Assembly (NCBI GenBank): GCA_002633005.1
Contig: NMRA01000018.1
Span: 118,291-182,290 of the forward strand
Reading direction: 5' to 3'
DNA from: Phoronis australis
Lineage: Eukaryota > Animalia > Phoronida
DNA length: 64,000 nucleotides
Below are positions 40,201 to 55,200 of the stretch, one piece after another (position 1 is the stretch's first letter; every line of letters begins with the position of its first letter). The notes under the pieces were generated by a model, which searched no databases, had not been told where the DNA came from, and saw nothing but the letters and a program-made list of their open reading frames with translations. The translations under genes were made by a program, and so were the position numbers.

Positions 40201-43200
40201 CCCTTCCATTTACTGTTTAAAGTAAGAAATTTTTCCATTAAGGACACATTATGAAAGAAGTAGAATTTTATTTAGCAAAAATGTCAAAAAATACGAAAAT
40301 TTCACCTGATATCACCCATGTAGTTTATACTGAAATGTCACCAAACAGTAATATTGCTAAAATTACGAGCATATGCAGTTAATTCAAAAAGGGTAATATT
40401 ATTAGTTAGTCCTAAGTTGAAGTCTTACCACCGCCATTTTGGTAGATGTGAATTCACATCACCATTCACAACATCACTCATGGAAATCCTCAGTCTTTTG
40501 ACCATTTGTCATTGCTCAGTGATAAAAAGTCACACGATTGATGATAAACTTTGCATGGAAAATTATATAAACCGTTAATATGTGCCATGTCGTTTTTCCA
40601 TGTCCATCTTGCAGAGTCTTCCTTATTTCATCCTACTTTAACGTCATAATAAATGACATTATTCTCAATTCTCATCTTGTTTTACTCTGCAACATAGCTC
40701 GTCGCATACCCCGGGCAAAATAAATTACGATAATATGAACTCTTATTCATTCATATCATATCATGCCATTCACAGAAATGGTTGATATGAATTCATTATA
40801 AAAATATTTTATGGTGAACCATCCAAAATTGCCTGCATAAACGTGAACTCAAGAACTGAACTAGCAGATTTCCGTGCTGTGTTAGTATAGGTCTCAATAT
40901 TCAGTAGTAAAGGAGAAAGAATTGAAATAAATTTTTAAGCGATGATTCATAAGACAGTGCTGTGAATGTTCGTCATGGTGATGGAAATCACGGTTAAATC
41001 TCACCAATTTCGAACAAAAAAAAAATTGTGCTGAATTTTCCCTCTTATCGTTTTTCAAAGGCTTATAACACTGTTGTGAATGTCCATATGTAAAATGTTA
41101 ACATGCTATGAACATTCCCACTAAATAAAATTGGTTCTAACCCCGGTGTTTAAGGTAAACGGCGGGGTATGGAAAATTGAACTAGACCGTATTTATCCAC
41201 CTTGGCTGAGACGCGCTCGGCTCATGCTCAAAGGGATGCCGCCAAGCTGCTCTATTCATCGAGTCACGAGCGAGGATAATTGACTTCGCTCATGCGGATA
41301 TGATCAGCTGATTACAGTCTAGCCTAACAACTGTNNNNNNNNNNNNNNNNNNNNNNNNNNNNNNNNNNNNNNNNNNNNNNNNNNNNNNNNNNNNNNNNNN
41401 NNNNNNNNNNNNNNNNNNNNNNNNNNNNNNNNNNNNNNNNNNNNNNNNNNNNNNNNNNNNNNNNNNNNNNNNNNNNNNNNNNNNNNNNNNNNNNNNNNNN
41501 NNNNNNNNNNNNNNNNNNNNNNNNNNNNNNNNNNNNNNNNNNNNNNNNNNNNNNNNNNNNNNNNNNNNNNNNNNNNNNNNNNNNNNNNNNNNNNNNNNNN
41601 NNNNNNNNNNNNNNNNNNNNNNNNNNNNNNNNNNNNNNNNNNNNNNNNNNNNNNNNNNNNNNNNNNNNNNNNNNNNNNNNNNNNNNNNNNNNNNNNNNNN
41701 NNNNNNNNNNNNNNNNNNNNNNNNNNNNNNNNNNNNNNNNNNNNNNNNNNNNNNNNNNNNNNNNNNNNNNNNNNNNNNNNNNNNNNNNNNNNNNNNNNNN
41801 NNNNNNNNNNNNNNNNNNNNNNNNNNNNNNNNNNNNNNNNNNNNNNNNNNNNNNNNNNNNNNNNNNNNNNNNNNNNNNNNNNNNNNNNNNNNNNNNNNNN
41901 NNNNNNNNNNNNNNNNNNNNNNNNNNNNNNNNNNNNNNNNNNNNNNNNNNNNNNNNNNNNNNNNNNNNNNNNNNNNNNNNNNNNNNNNNAGCTTTCCACC
42001 AAGGCTAGGTGATGCAAGACATTATTATTTGTTCTTTGTTGCATTATAGTAACTGGTCTTGGCTAATTATCATTTTATGGCCTGGTCATCCATTCAGCCC
42101 AAAGTAGTTCCAGAGGTGGCTTATCAGCCAATTATTCACGCATGCTGACTCACAATAGAAGCCTGATAAGAGTGCAGGTGGATAAATGCAGTGTTCCTAC
42201 AGTTTCTTGTTTTAGTGGATGTGTTCACGACATGAAAAATATTATCTAGTGGTAGCCGAGGCACAGAGCTTGAACATAGAAAGCATTCATTTGACTAATT
42301 TACCTTTCAAGAAAAAATGAGAAAAAGAAATCTGATTAGTCCGCCATACTGTGGGACTCAATTAGTGACATTTTACCACAAGTCCTGTCACAAAAAATTT
42401 CAAGACAGCCTTTAAGATAAAATAACCTTTTACTGTGATCTTGATTTCCAAGGATTTCCATGCATGTAACACAACAATCAGTTATGTAGTTTTAAGTCCC
42501 ATTCTTGAAATTTGAAAATAGAGAACTGAAATACAACTGCTTGAAGGCAGTATTCCATGCTTGTCGATGAAATGTCAGTCAATGTATCAACAGGTCTTAC
42601 CCAGGTACCCCGCCAGCCTCCATGTGATTGGCTATGGTGACGTCATCTGACCAGACATCATACTGCCATTTCCTCAGCCCCAGCACTCCACACAGCACAT
42701 TGCCAGTGTGGATGCCTATACGCATGTCAACATTACAACCAGTCGCCTCTCTCACCTCCCTGTAAACAATTGAGTGTTCTAAATCACCAGCGAAAATGGG
42801 CGCTAGCTTAAGAAAGAGAATAATCTGTATAACTTAACAACGAAAATAACATTCCGTTCCCATCCTTTCATGTTCCTCTTGAAACGTTTGAACAACCAGT
42901 TAAGCCTTGCAAACTGTTAACAGTTAATTATTTTAAATAACCTATTCTTATAAAAGGGACATAAGCACAAATGTATTTTCCGGCCTTGGAAGAGGGGTCC
43001 CCTATATAATACGGAGGGCCCCCACCTAAAGAGTCCCGTCGATCAGGGCCCTCATATTAATATTATAGAAGATGCACTATTACTGTGAGCAGTATAAAGA
43101 GTTTCCTTCTCATAACCAAGGAGTCCCCGCAGACAACACAAATGCCTTTAATGAAGTCACAAAAACTGATGACATTATCACTACAGTACTACTCATTGTC

Positions 43201-46200
43201 ACAAACAGCATCACCACATACTGATTACAAGTTCCTACCTGATAGCGTCAATCATCTTGAGCCCCATCTTGACACAGTTGAGTGCATGGCTGGGTCGTGA
43301 CACAGGCAGGCCCGAGACACAGTAGTAACAATCACCCAGGATCTTTATCCTCATACAGTCATTCTCCTGCCAAAGATACAATCACTTCATTGCCAGACAA
43401 GAATGAGATAAAGACTAAAAAGCGTATTGATTGATTTACATTTTTTCTTGAAAAATCAAGTCGGTGGTGTAGTATCTATTTTAGTTGCTTATTTTTTAAA
43501 AAGTAAATCGACCGAGACAAGCAGAAATGATGCATGATTTTTTTTACTCATTAACTCAGCAAGTCATGGCATTTCAAACCTTGCTTAACCTTGTTTACAT
43601 GCCTTCGGGCAAAACCGGTGGAATTGTTACGGGCACACCAGTTTACTTGCATTTACCAAATGTTTTTCATGCAGTTTACATGACGTACCCAGAACATCTG
43701 AAATGTTAAAACAAGGACTGGATACTTAACTAAGTGAGAAAAAGCCTACTAGGATCTTTCCTCGCAACTGATTAATAATCGGTTGCTTTTCATGACAGCA
43801 TACTCCTACCTTCGAAAATTCTAATTTTGTGGCAACAGGAAATGAGATAGCAGATAATTGCAAAAAATGAGCACTGGAATTGGTTTTCGACTACAATTCA
43901 CCTGAAATCAGCTACTAAAATCTCACCAATTACGGACAAAAGTAAGCGGCATAGTGAGTCCAAAATTAACTGGAGAGTTTTTACAATTATAAATGATGCC
44001 TGAATGCTCTAATTTTTAAAAACATCGAGAAGAGGGCACAAGCTTCGTAAAACATATATCTTTGCCTTTTGACACTTACCTGTCCTATCTTATCGAATGT
44101 GCCAAAAAGTTCATTTAACATCTTGACAAGTTCACCAGCTGTACATTCTGAAGCTAGTGGAGTGAAGTTGACTATATCAGCGTACAGAATACTGAAATAA
44201 CACAGTCCAGATGAGAACAAAATTAAACAACTCTGACTTATTGCAAAATCATGAGGTCAAGAGGCAGATAGTCATGTGGATAAATAAATTAATAATAAAA
44301 TAATTGCAGGCTGCTCTGGTGAGCCCATTGAACTGATCACCTGGAACTATTTTTATGCTCTACTAATATATAGTTACAACCTAGCTGAGGAGCTAGAGAC
44401 TTGATTGAAGGGTCTAGCAGTGTGCCCCAGTGGGACTTGAATCCACGTCCTTGAATAAAGGAAATGGACACTTATCCCTCTAGGCCACACTTGCCCCCTC
44501 TAAAAATAGTAACTTTGCCAATGCGTGAGCAAAAAAAAGCCCATTCACAACAAAAAATACTTCAAATAGCACATTAACATTAAATTTCCAAAACAACCAT
44601 GATCAACCGAAAATAAATCCTGAAAAAATTTTGGATGTAAATTGATCAAAAATGTTGAAGTACTGTGCATTGCCATATGGCTCGGAGACTGGTTGAAGAT
44701 ATAGTACTTGAATGAATAAAATTCACAAATGATAAGAGCAAATTGTGAATATTTCAAGTTGACACAAATGAATTCCACATCAAAATGTTTCATTTTAGTT
44801 AACTTTTCCATTGAAAAAGGTTAATTGATGATTTATTGTCATGTAGGGGACAACTTTACCTCATTTTTCTGAAAACAATTATCAATTTAACTTTTTTCTA
44901 CACAAAAGTAGCACACCTAACTCATTATACACACACTTTTCTCTTTTCTCCATGTCACCCGGAAGACTAGGGGAAATCTTTTAAGGACACATCTCCTTAA
45001 TCACAATAAAAAATTACGAACCGAGTCACTCAACTGCATAAAATATTCTCAAACCCTTCCATACCAAGACAGTAAAGGGAATTGGCTGGTAAAAAGGGCG
45101 TCCATTTTGACATGGTTGGCTAACCCTTCCAAACAGGGCCATTTCACGTCACTCGATGGTGATCTGACTTCCTGTTTACCATAGAAGCAAACTGCTATTA
45201 AGACACGGAAAAATTTAAGCCTGTTCTATGAGTTTCATAAAATGTGCTGATTAAGATAAGGAAATGACCCTTCCACAAAACATTAACCAGTTCCTTTGAT
45301 AAACAACCTTTACAAGCTATGCTTACCTAAATTAAACCATTTCAAAAGACATACCATGATATAATGTTCCAATTAGAGAACACTCAGAAGACACATTTTA
45401 GTCAAAAGGTCTGTTTTTGATCAAATAGCTTTTCCACCTGCAAATGCCCCCACTAGATTTTTTAAACTTTGAGTCATGATGCTTGAAATGATAAATGTTT
45501 TCATAGGACAATAACTGGACCAAGAACACAAACTCGCTCTAACAGAGGTTTGTACCGACAAGGTTTTGGTATTGCCAACGCTTGCAACCTAAACACTGGC
45601 GACAGTACAACTGGAAGTTCACAAGATTTTAAATCACCATGGCACATCTTGGCACCTCAGAAAAACCATAAGGTTATGTAAGAACCTAGAAAAATGCCCA
45701 AATTTGTCTGAACTAAGGAACTGGTTACTAGCTTTGAAACATCATACCTCAGAAATGGCCGATCAGATTCACACAAAACTTTCCGATACTATGCTTAATG
45801 CTCTGTTCTCCTGTTAAGAATTTTTTTAATTGACCCACTTTTGCATGAAGAGCTATTAAAATTTCTTTTAATGAGTTGCATAAAACAAACAAAACAATAA
45901 CTTGAGAAAACCGTACCAGCGTTTTAAAAGAACTTTGGTGAATCAGACGTTTATTGATTACATTGCTTTGCTAATGAACAGTACTGTTACACCTTTCCGT
46001 TTTGCTAAGTTTTAGTAGAATGACATGGTCATGTGACCCAATCAATGGCAGATAGATATAAAGTAAAAATCTTTTCTTGAAGTAAATTCTATGACTTGTC
46101 AATAAGGTCCTACATACAACCTAACAATAAACAGTGAAAGCAAGCAATGTCATTCTGCATCCCTCCCACCTCTTGTTAACAAGCCCCGTGTACCTGACGT

Positions 46201-49200
46201 TGCTATGGCTTTTTACATAAAGCTCATGAAAGCGTGTGGTAGATGTATGGCGGCGAACTTGCAGGAAGTCATGGCTGGATTGTTTGATTTTACGCATCAT
46301 CTGATTCTTCATCTCAAACGCCAGGTGTACCGGGAGAACGCTAAGCAACAGCTCTTCCTGGAAGTTAGTAAAGACACTAAGCAAAAATGGCCACCAGGTG
46401 GCAGATTAACACTTGTTAAAGCAGAACAAGGCACTTGGGCAGCAGTGGACAATATGAATAAAGGTCTGGCAGACTTGTGGTAAAAGTTCTTCAATTTGGG
46501 ATAAAAGCAAATCCTAAAATTGATGGCCGGATGTCCATTCCTAGATAGGCATACTGCACTGCTACAAACAACCAGAAGTTAACCAAACGTAGCTCGACAA
46601 CAGCTATGTAGTAAAGCCCCTGTTAACATTTTGCGGGGAAAATGTGACATAATTAAATATTCCGCTTATCCACTGGTGCACCATATGGTGTCGCAAACTG
46701 AAAAATGTTTACCATAATGCCAGCAGTTTATGTGTCATAGTCCACTATGAATGGGATCCTCTGGCAAACGGATAACATGGTTGAAAATGTCTGCCCAGAG
46801 AATTTGACCAAATTTCCTTCAGAGTTGTACTTCAATGATGTGGTTTTAAAGTTGATGTGCGGTGATATCTCCATGTCAAAAACCAGCAAACAAAATTTTG
46901 ACTGAAGTTTCAGCTAACCAAGATTTAGTAGCCCATGCCTAGTTTCTTTCTAGTTTGTTGCCATGACTTTGAAAAACCGGACAAACTTCTGCACCATTTA
47001 TCAAGTTAACTTGAATTAGCTCCATAACTGTTACATATCTGTTGTCAGTGGACAATAAACTGTAACCCTTGATGTGAGTACTGCACTGCCAATCAGCAAT
47101 GTTTCCCCTCCATCACTCACCAATTCATGTGGGATGTATAATAATTACAGCTATCACCTGGCTATACAAATGGGTAATGCATTTTCTAATGGAGTCATCA
47201 TCAGGGGACAAACTAGGCAATTCACCAGTAAGTTAAATTCTTCCTCCTCTCACTAGAGACCACCAGAAGTCATGAGTGACTGGTCACCACTATAGTGCAT
47301 CATGGGGCTACGTCATCATGTGTCATCTGGGGACACCCATTATGAGCAAAGCATCTTCTTGTTGATGTCTCAAACAGATAGCCTACAAGTGGGGAAGCTT
47401 TACACCTGTTAAATTAAACAACTGGCAGGGCTTGATGCATCTCAACCCCACATTGCTTAGTCAAGGGTTAATTGGGCATTGTGTTAATTCTTTGTCTATT
47501 TAGCACAAAATATGGTGAAATTCTACTTTGTCAACAAAAACAAAGAATTTTTTTAGTCTAACACCAGCATGGTTTTGCACTGTGTTGATGTCCTAAAACA
47601 ACTGTTATTTGCAATCGGCAAAGTAACCAGTCTTTGAAAACTGGGAAAATGATAATTTTGGCAATTATTTTTGTGCAGAAGAATTACAACTCTGCCTGGG
47701 TGCAAACTTCTTGAAAAACACTAAAAATATACACTACCACCAATAAGAGAATTCAAATTTGTTTTGAGCATAAATTCATAAATTTAATCAGTGTTAATGA
47801 ATAGCAAAGATCGGTTCACTACAATGACTTTTGCTGCTGAGAAGTTCTTACACACTACCAGTTAACATGGCAAAAATTCCTCTAATACTTGGATCGTTTA
47901 AAATCAGTTCAATTAGTATTTTAACTATGTTTGAAACATAAAGAAATGGTTGTCTGGATTCTCTGGAACCTTGGTGTGAAACATAAAAATGCAACATTTA
48001 TGTCAGCTTGGTCACTTTACAATTCAAGCAATTGAAAGTTTTCCTCTCATTAGGAAAAAGGCCGTTCAGTGGTATCTTGTAGATGGACAATGCTTCTCTA
48101 CATGAAATGGGAAAACCGCTAAAGCCGTCCGCCCTTGATGTAACGAAAGTTGATCTAAGCTCCATTGTTGCACAGGGCAATTACTGCATTCACGGCAATA
48201 AAATACTGGCTGAAATAAATTGAAATGTCAAGGACAGAAATTGGTAATTTTTTAAAGTGTTTAGCTTCTGAAATTGAATTCCTCGTGAAAAGTTAGTGTA
48301 GAATCTTTCTTTCGCAGAAGAAATATGAAAAAAATTGGCCAAAATGCTGCAATGGATTTTTATTCGTTGACAACAGTTTTGAGTCAATACATGTATATGT
48401 TACTGTATTCATTCAGCCTGGGAGATAATTGGCATTTGTGTAGTAACATCAAATAAAAGACAGAACCTGGCGATTAACAAAAAAAAGATTGACATCCGGC
48501 CTCTGAAAACTGGTTTTATCTGGAATACGGACCAAACGTGAGTTAGTTGTAATGTTTCAATAGGAACCAACACTCTGGGGGTGATCGGTGGCAGTTATTC
48601 TCATAAGTCTGACTACTTGGCCCTTATCAGAGATTTACACTGGTTGGCAATGTTAAACATTCCCTGGCTTGAATTAAGTCAATGAATGTTTCCGCAGAAA
48701 GGGCGTATTCATTAGGATGGCCTCACTAATGACATTAACACTCAGGTTACATGAACCTAGCGGCAATAACACTGTAAACACAATTAGTAAATGTTGTGGA
48801 CCATCTGAAACAAGAGCAAAGCGGAGCCGTTCGTATGTATCCATGAGTGCATCACATACAGCGCAAATGCAAGTGATGATCACTTCAAACATGCCCACTA
48901 AACAGAGCAGCGCTAGAAAACTGAATAATAGTCTCTAGGAGATTCAAAGCAAGTCAGAAATGCTCTCCACAATAGTAACACACTTGTCACCTTTCATTAT
49001 GATTCACGATTCCTCAAAAAGTTTGAAAGATTGGGAGACAGATAACAAAGGTCAAAAACATGGAAAAGCCAAAGGGGGGCGGGGGCAACATTGTTAAAAT
49101 GAAGGAACTAGTTAGACATCAAGGCAAATGCAATGAAAAACAAAAATTACCACCAGGCAGCTCTGCAGTAGTCAGATTTGTCCCAAAATCCACGTCAATT

Positions 49201-52200
49201 GTACTCTTCCCAAATTAGAAGTAACATACAAATTTCATGAAGATCCCTCAAGGAACCTGTATTGAGCCACAGGAGAAAAAATGAAATTGTCATAAAAAGA
49301 AACCACAGCAGAACCTGTTAAAATATCATCATCAGCCACGCACTCATTAGGAACACATTTGCCAATTTTCATAATGATCCTTAGTATGATTTGGCCAATA
49401 GAGAGGCAGACGCCAAAAGCCAGACTAAAAAAATGGCCACTGGATGGCACAGAGCAGGTCAAATCCATACAAATATAATTAGGTGCCATATTTCTTGAAA
49501 ACTGTCAAGGAACTTCGAAGATATGGAGGAAAATGTCACACAATAAAATTACCAATAGGGGACACAATGGTAATTGGATTCATCCGAAAGTCGGCATCAC
49601 CCATTGTCACGTTCCTAGAAATACACCAGTCAAATATAACACAGATCTCGCAAGAGGTTTAGGATACAGGCACGGGCGAGAAAAAACACCGGCCACTAAG
49701 GGGTTCCACAGTAATTGAAGCCATCCAGATAATGAGACGGATGCCAAAAAAAAAATAGAAAACAATAAATACTGCCACTATGTTAAATCGCGTACAGTAC
49801 GTTGAATTGTAAAACAACACAAGACATCACCGTGGTGCTTTTAACAGAAACTCGGGCTTCTAATAAGCAAATTCAAATCAAGATTTTAAACTAAGACAAA
49901 AAGGTGGTTAATATTGATGATATTACAGCAGTTCAGACATAAAAATTAGCAATTTTACTTTGATCAACTTACCGTACTCAACCTTCCAAAAGAAAAGTTA
50001 AGTTTTAAGTACAAAAATATGCAAATAAAACGTTTTTCACAAGTCCTCTTCAAGAAATGCCACTTACGGATTTTAAGACTGCCTTATCTATAACCAATTT
50101 CAGTTTACACCAAGCAATTTACTAGAAATACAAAGTACACTATAATCTACAACTTGAGCTATCACAAAAATAAATTAATGAGATGGCTATTAAAATAAAG
50201 CCACCTGTTTTTAACTGCATGTTAACCAATTTCTGATTTGGTATAATGTTTGAAAACTGTAAATTGCAACAGTCAGGGTAGCTGTGTTACAAATGTATTC
50301 ATTACGCAAAATAAACACAATTTATTTGATGAAACAGTTCAAGCGATTTGCACTTTGAACCCTTAAGCAGCAAGTCGAAACTGAAGTAAGTCTCCACAAC
50401 AAAAACAGATACTCAAGACAACAACAATGTTAGCACCAAACAACACCTGTGACAAATCTGGCCTAAATATGACCAATATTAACTCCCAAGCAAAATAGCA
50501 ATCAAGCAGTAAACACAACATGTTTTGCCTCCACACTATATAACCCGAGCAGGTCATACACACTTGTGGGCACACGTCAGACACTAATCACTGTTTTTGA
50601 CAACTTCATGACTTTTTAACGTTGCACAGACAGTGCATATCCAGTCTGAGTCAGCTCACAGTGACGTCATACCCACTTGCACCCTATTAACCCAAGCGAC
50701 AGTGACACATGTCAGGCCAACAAAACAGGTAGCAAAGGTGACCCCCTCCACCACAACGTATGACCTCTAACAAACCTGACGGGATGACACTGGCGAACAT
50801 ACAAATCCCGGAACAGACACACCTTGGGGGCCTTGGTCATCATTTTTAGTTTTAAGTCCCCCACAATTTCTTTTACTAAATTTCTTGGTATGCAACTTTG
50901 CAAAATGTGCTCCTAAAACAAACAATAAGGCAACCAAGTATTGAGGTGGTCCAACATCCACTCATACAAAACAATCAAAAGTTAAGAAACATGAGCAACG
51001 CGGAGCGTTGAAATGTGCCCACGAATGCACCGCTAACGTTGTGCTTCTAGGGGTGTTTATTTGGAACATAAAAATTTGCAACCAGATGGCACAAAATATG
51101 TCGAATCCATCTGAAAACTTGTATGTGTCATCAAAGTTATTTACCAAATTTCATAAAAATCTGTCAAGGAACTTCTGAGAAAAAAGAGAGGAAAAAGAAA
51201 AAATTAAATAGCCGCTAAGAGGCTATAAGCGCAAAAAACATAACTGCCACAAAGAGGCAACAAAGTAGATAAAGTCGTAGGAAAATCATCGTCAGACGTC
51301 CTCTTCCCATTAGGAACATAAACACCAATTTCCACAACCATCCTTAGAGTGGTTTGGTTGACAGAAAGGCATACGTCAAATCACAAGACTCAAAAACAGT
51401 AAAAATGGCCACAAGATGGCGCAAAATGCCTCGAATTTTACCGAAAACTGGATGATAGCGTCACCCAACTGCCAAATTTTATGAAAATCCATTGACGATC
51501 CTTTAAGATACAGATGTAAACGTAAAAAACTAAAATTGCCACTAGGGGATAAACCGGTAGCCCGATCCGTCCGAAAGTCGTCATCCTCTGTAGTCAACTT
51601 CATATAAATACACCAGCAAAATTCAATAAATATCCTGTGGAGCATTTAGGAGATACAGCCATGGGCACAAAAACAAACAAAACTGCCACTAGGAGGCGCC
51701 ATAGTATTTCAAGTCATCGGAAAATCATCGTTAGCCGCCCTCTTCACAGTAAGAACATATATGCCAACTTTCAAAATCATACCTAGAGCGGTTTGGTTGA
51801 CAGAGCGGTGGACGCCAAAAACAGACTCGAAAACAGTAAAAATGGCCACTAGGTCGCGCAAAGTACCCCGAATCTGTCTGAAAATGGGAGGATGGCATCA
51901 TCCCACTAATAGATGTCTAACTGCCAAATTTTATGAAAATCTGTTGAGGACTTCCAAATCTACAGAGGTAAGCGTAAAAAATTAAAATTGTCACTAGGGG
52001 GCACACTGGTAGACGGAGAGGTCCGAAATTCGTTGTCATCTGTTGTCACCTTCATGGGAACACATCTGCCAAATCTCATCAAGATCCTGTGAAGGGTTTA
52101 GGAGATACAGCTGTGGACGTCAGACACCGGACGATGGACGCCCGGACAGACAGAGATGATGGCAATATGCGACCACATATAAATATGTGGGCGCATAAAA

Positions 52201-55200
52201 ATATGGTGTTTACAAAAAATCCTGTCTTAACTACAATCTTCTCTCTCGAAGTCACACAAGATGATAACAGTCAAATGTTATATAACTGTATCTTTCTTTA
52301 TGGTCAAGACTACAACTTGAATACTTGAATGTTATACCTGGGTGCACTCAACTACATTTTTGATCGAGAGTGCAGCAGGAAAATTTGAATACTCACCTGT
52401 CTAGAGAGTGGAGAAGGAGCCCATTTATTGGGTCTTTATGTGAAAAGTCATCCTTTCATGGGTTTTTGTAATAGAAATGTCACCCTCCTGTAGGGGCTTA
52501 CCCCGCATTTTCATAAACCCGAACCCTTCATAGGGATTCCTGGACAACTGAGTTTCAAACCATTTAACATGAAACAATACACGAGGTGATGCCACGTCAA
52601 AAATCATTGCATCCACTTTTGAAATAATACTCATTCTGAAAACCCTTCTGATGTTACTGGAAAAAAGAACATTTTTTAAGAGTTTCAAACAACTGAAGTG
52701 AACCTTTTGTAGGGAATTAAACTGAAATGGCACCTTTCTGAAGAGAAGTTTTGTTTGTCAAAAAAGACACCTTTGTATGGTCAATGGATGTGAAAGTCAC
52801 CCTTCTGGACGGCACATCACAACTACCTCTACTGAAAGAGCTACCCCTCCAGAGATACTATTTAGTGTTTGCCAAGAATTCTCAGCTGGTGTTTTTGGGA
52901 CTTTAACACAAGACAAATCAGAATGCTAGGTAAACACTTTGCCTCACTGGGTGAAAAATTAGAACAGCCAGACAATTTTTCACGATGCTTTAGAAGTCCT
53001 AGGAAAGAAATATTTTGTCACACCCTCCACACCTCGGACACATTCTGAGCAAAGGTTAAACTAAAAGGGAAATTGAAAACTTCAAAAGTATAGGCCAATG
53101 CTTGGGATTCAAATGTTTGAGGGCTTTTCTGTAAATAACGAGAGGATTCACGTCTTGATAAAACAGTACAATATCTAAACTAACCCAAACAGATGTCACA
53201 TTCAGTTGAAATGGATACATGCAGTGAACAAGTAACAATGATTTTTTGTGGATCACCACCAATACTTTTTACTGTCAATGTCATAGGACTGTGATTGATA
53301 GCTAATTTAAAGGACACTTAAATCTGACTGTTCCATGTACAGACTATTATTCCTGCTTTAACAACACCAATATTGTCTTGTCTCCATTCAGGCAACTCAA
53401 CCATGTACTTCTACAACTACTTAATCCTATGAATAACACTTGCTTCTTTTAAATACGATATTAAACAGTTTAATGAAGTATGCCCAGAAATCCGTGTCGG
53501 TACCGCTGTATTCAGGCTAAAAAGAGCTGTAACAACATGGCTGTGTAGCTTTTCAGAATTCTAATACTTTACGCAAATCCTTTTTAATGCTCAATAACGT
53601 ACAGAATACATTTGAAAAACGAAAAATTAAACAGTAAAACATGAAATAATACGTGTTATCAGCAAGAATCACTAGTCTTCTAACACGCCACATGTCGGTG
53701 ACTTCACTTGACCCATAGTTAAGTTGGAAAGACTTCTGTCCCAACGATCAAGATCTTTTCAGACCTAGCTATAGGTCACGTGATGTGACAGACATGTGCT
53801 GTGTAAAAGTATAATTCTTCCTAGTGTACCGTATCGCATGAAGCAATAAAATTGATAGAAAATTGAGAAATTGTGTGATTTGCCAAAAGTTTGGAAGTTC
53901 CATTTTATAAAAAACTGTCCTGTATATGATGATTTGCCAAATAAGTTCATTCCTGGATTCAAAAACGGCTCATATTATACATTCATACGACTAATGCAAG
54001 ACATCTCAAAAATGCTCAACTTGTCTAAATACCTACAGCACGCCTGGCGAACCAGAAAAATATACTGAGTATAGATGATGAACTAAAAAATATATTTCAG
54101 TTATGCTTTGTTCTTTTATATATATTGACATTATTGTATGATGGGCCGGAGGCCTTCAAGTTCAATAAAGTTTAATAAAGTTCAATAAAGTTTCAAGTTC
54201 AATAAAGTTTATTCTTCTCTTCTCATAACAGCACATGAACTAATTTTCAAAAGAATATTTGAGTTACTTGGTGTTGACAGGTTCAAAGCCACTAGTATTC
54301 CCCCAAACTCAACAACCAAAAAGGCAGTCTGGGCAAATTTAATTAAACAAGACGCATGAATTGCCCCTTCACTGTGTAAACTTTGATATCCTAGTCCTTG
54401 TACACCCAAATTAAATGTGCTTCTAGACAAAATAAAAAGACAACACAAATATAAACACCTCGAGAGTGTGCAAAAGCCCAACTTAAAGGGACACATTCAG
54501 TTCTAGGGATTATTGCTGGAAGGTACAGTTGTTATTAGCTTTGACCAACCAGTACCATAACACAACAAAATCCTGCGTTTTGTGACTTTATTACAAATCG
54601 TCAGTTTTGCTGTTGACTGCCAGTCCTTCGCTGCAATTGAAGCCGGTGACTATATCAGCTAAATACGCTTAAAATACTCTGCTACTAACGGTGTGGGGTT
54701 TATCTCCACTAGCAAACCTTTGGACTGCTACTGGTAAAGTCGTGAGTACAAAGCTGCCGCGGGGCGAATCTCAATAAGACACTTTTCTCCTCAAATGTGT
54801 CACTTTAAGTTTTATGCCAACTGCTTAATTAAAACCAATTAAATGATTGATGGTAAGCTGTACTATTCAACAAGACAATGGCCAGACAGGTTTCCATTTC
54901 AGTTCTTGCCACTCAAGGGAAATGTAATACCTGACAAACCCGTCAATGAAACTAAAGACAAAATGAAAAAGTACAAAAATCGAGGCCATGGTATTTACCC
55001 CCAGCCGTATGAAAAGCAGCTAAATAATACTTGTGTCTGCTCTTTGTAAGCTGCCAGTTTGAGCAAATGGCAAAAACCTGACAAGCATCATCAAAGGGTA
55101 GGAAACGATAGAATGTGCATTTGCTGAAAAATCAATTTCTTCAGGAATGGAGACTATGGCATTAGTAAAGAACATTTCTGTAGAGTTAAATAGAGTAACG

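Noticed and set aside
41319-42044. 241-aa ORF
   Set aside because: Artefact of the N gap
44424-44495. Functional tRNA gene
   Set aside because: The acceptor stem does not pair and the B box is imperfect; kept only as a SINE-like remnant
48674-48934. Hydrophobic minus-strand frame (…[12 protein letters not shown]…) faintly like AC M1 helices
   Set aside because: Wrong position in the exon order, no convincing donor, and T-rich DNA translates as hydrophobic by chance
50363-50448. [14 protein letters not shown], resembling the [10 protein letters not shown] exon
   Set aside because: Lies downstream of exon A, ends in a stop, and the similarity is too weak
52428-52457. Plus-strand GLYVKSHP, similar to exon B ELYVKSHS
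   Set aside because: Opposite strand, inside a GTCACCC-type repetitive tract; no further similarity
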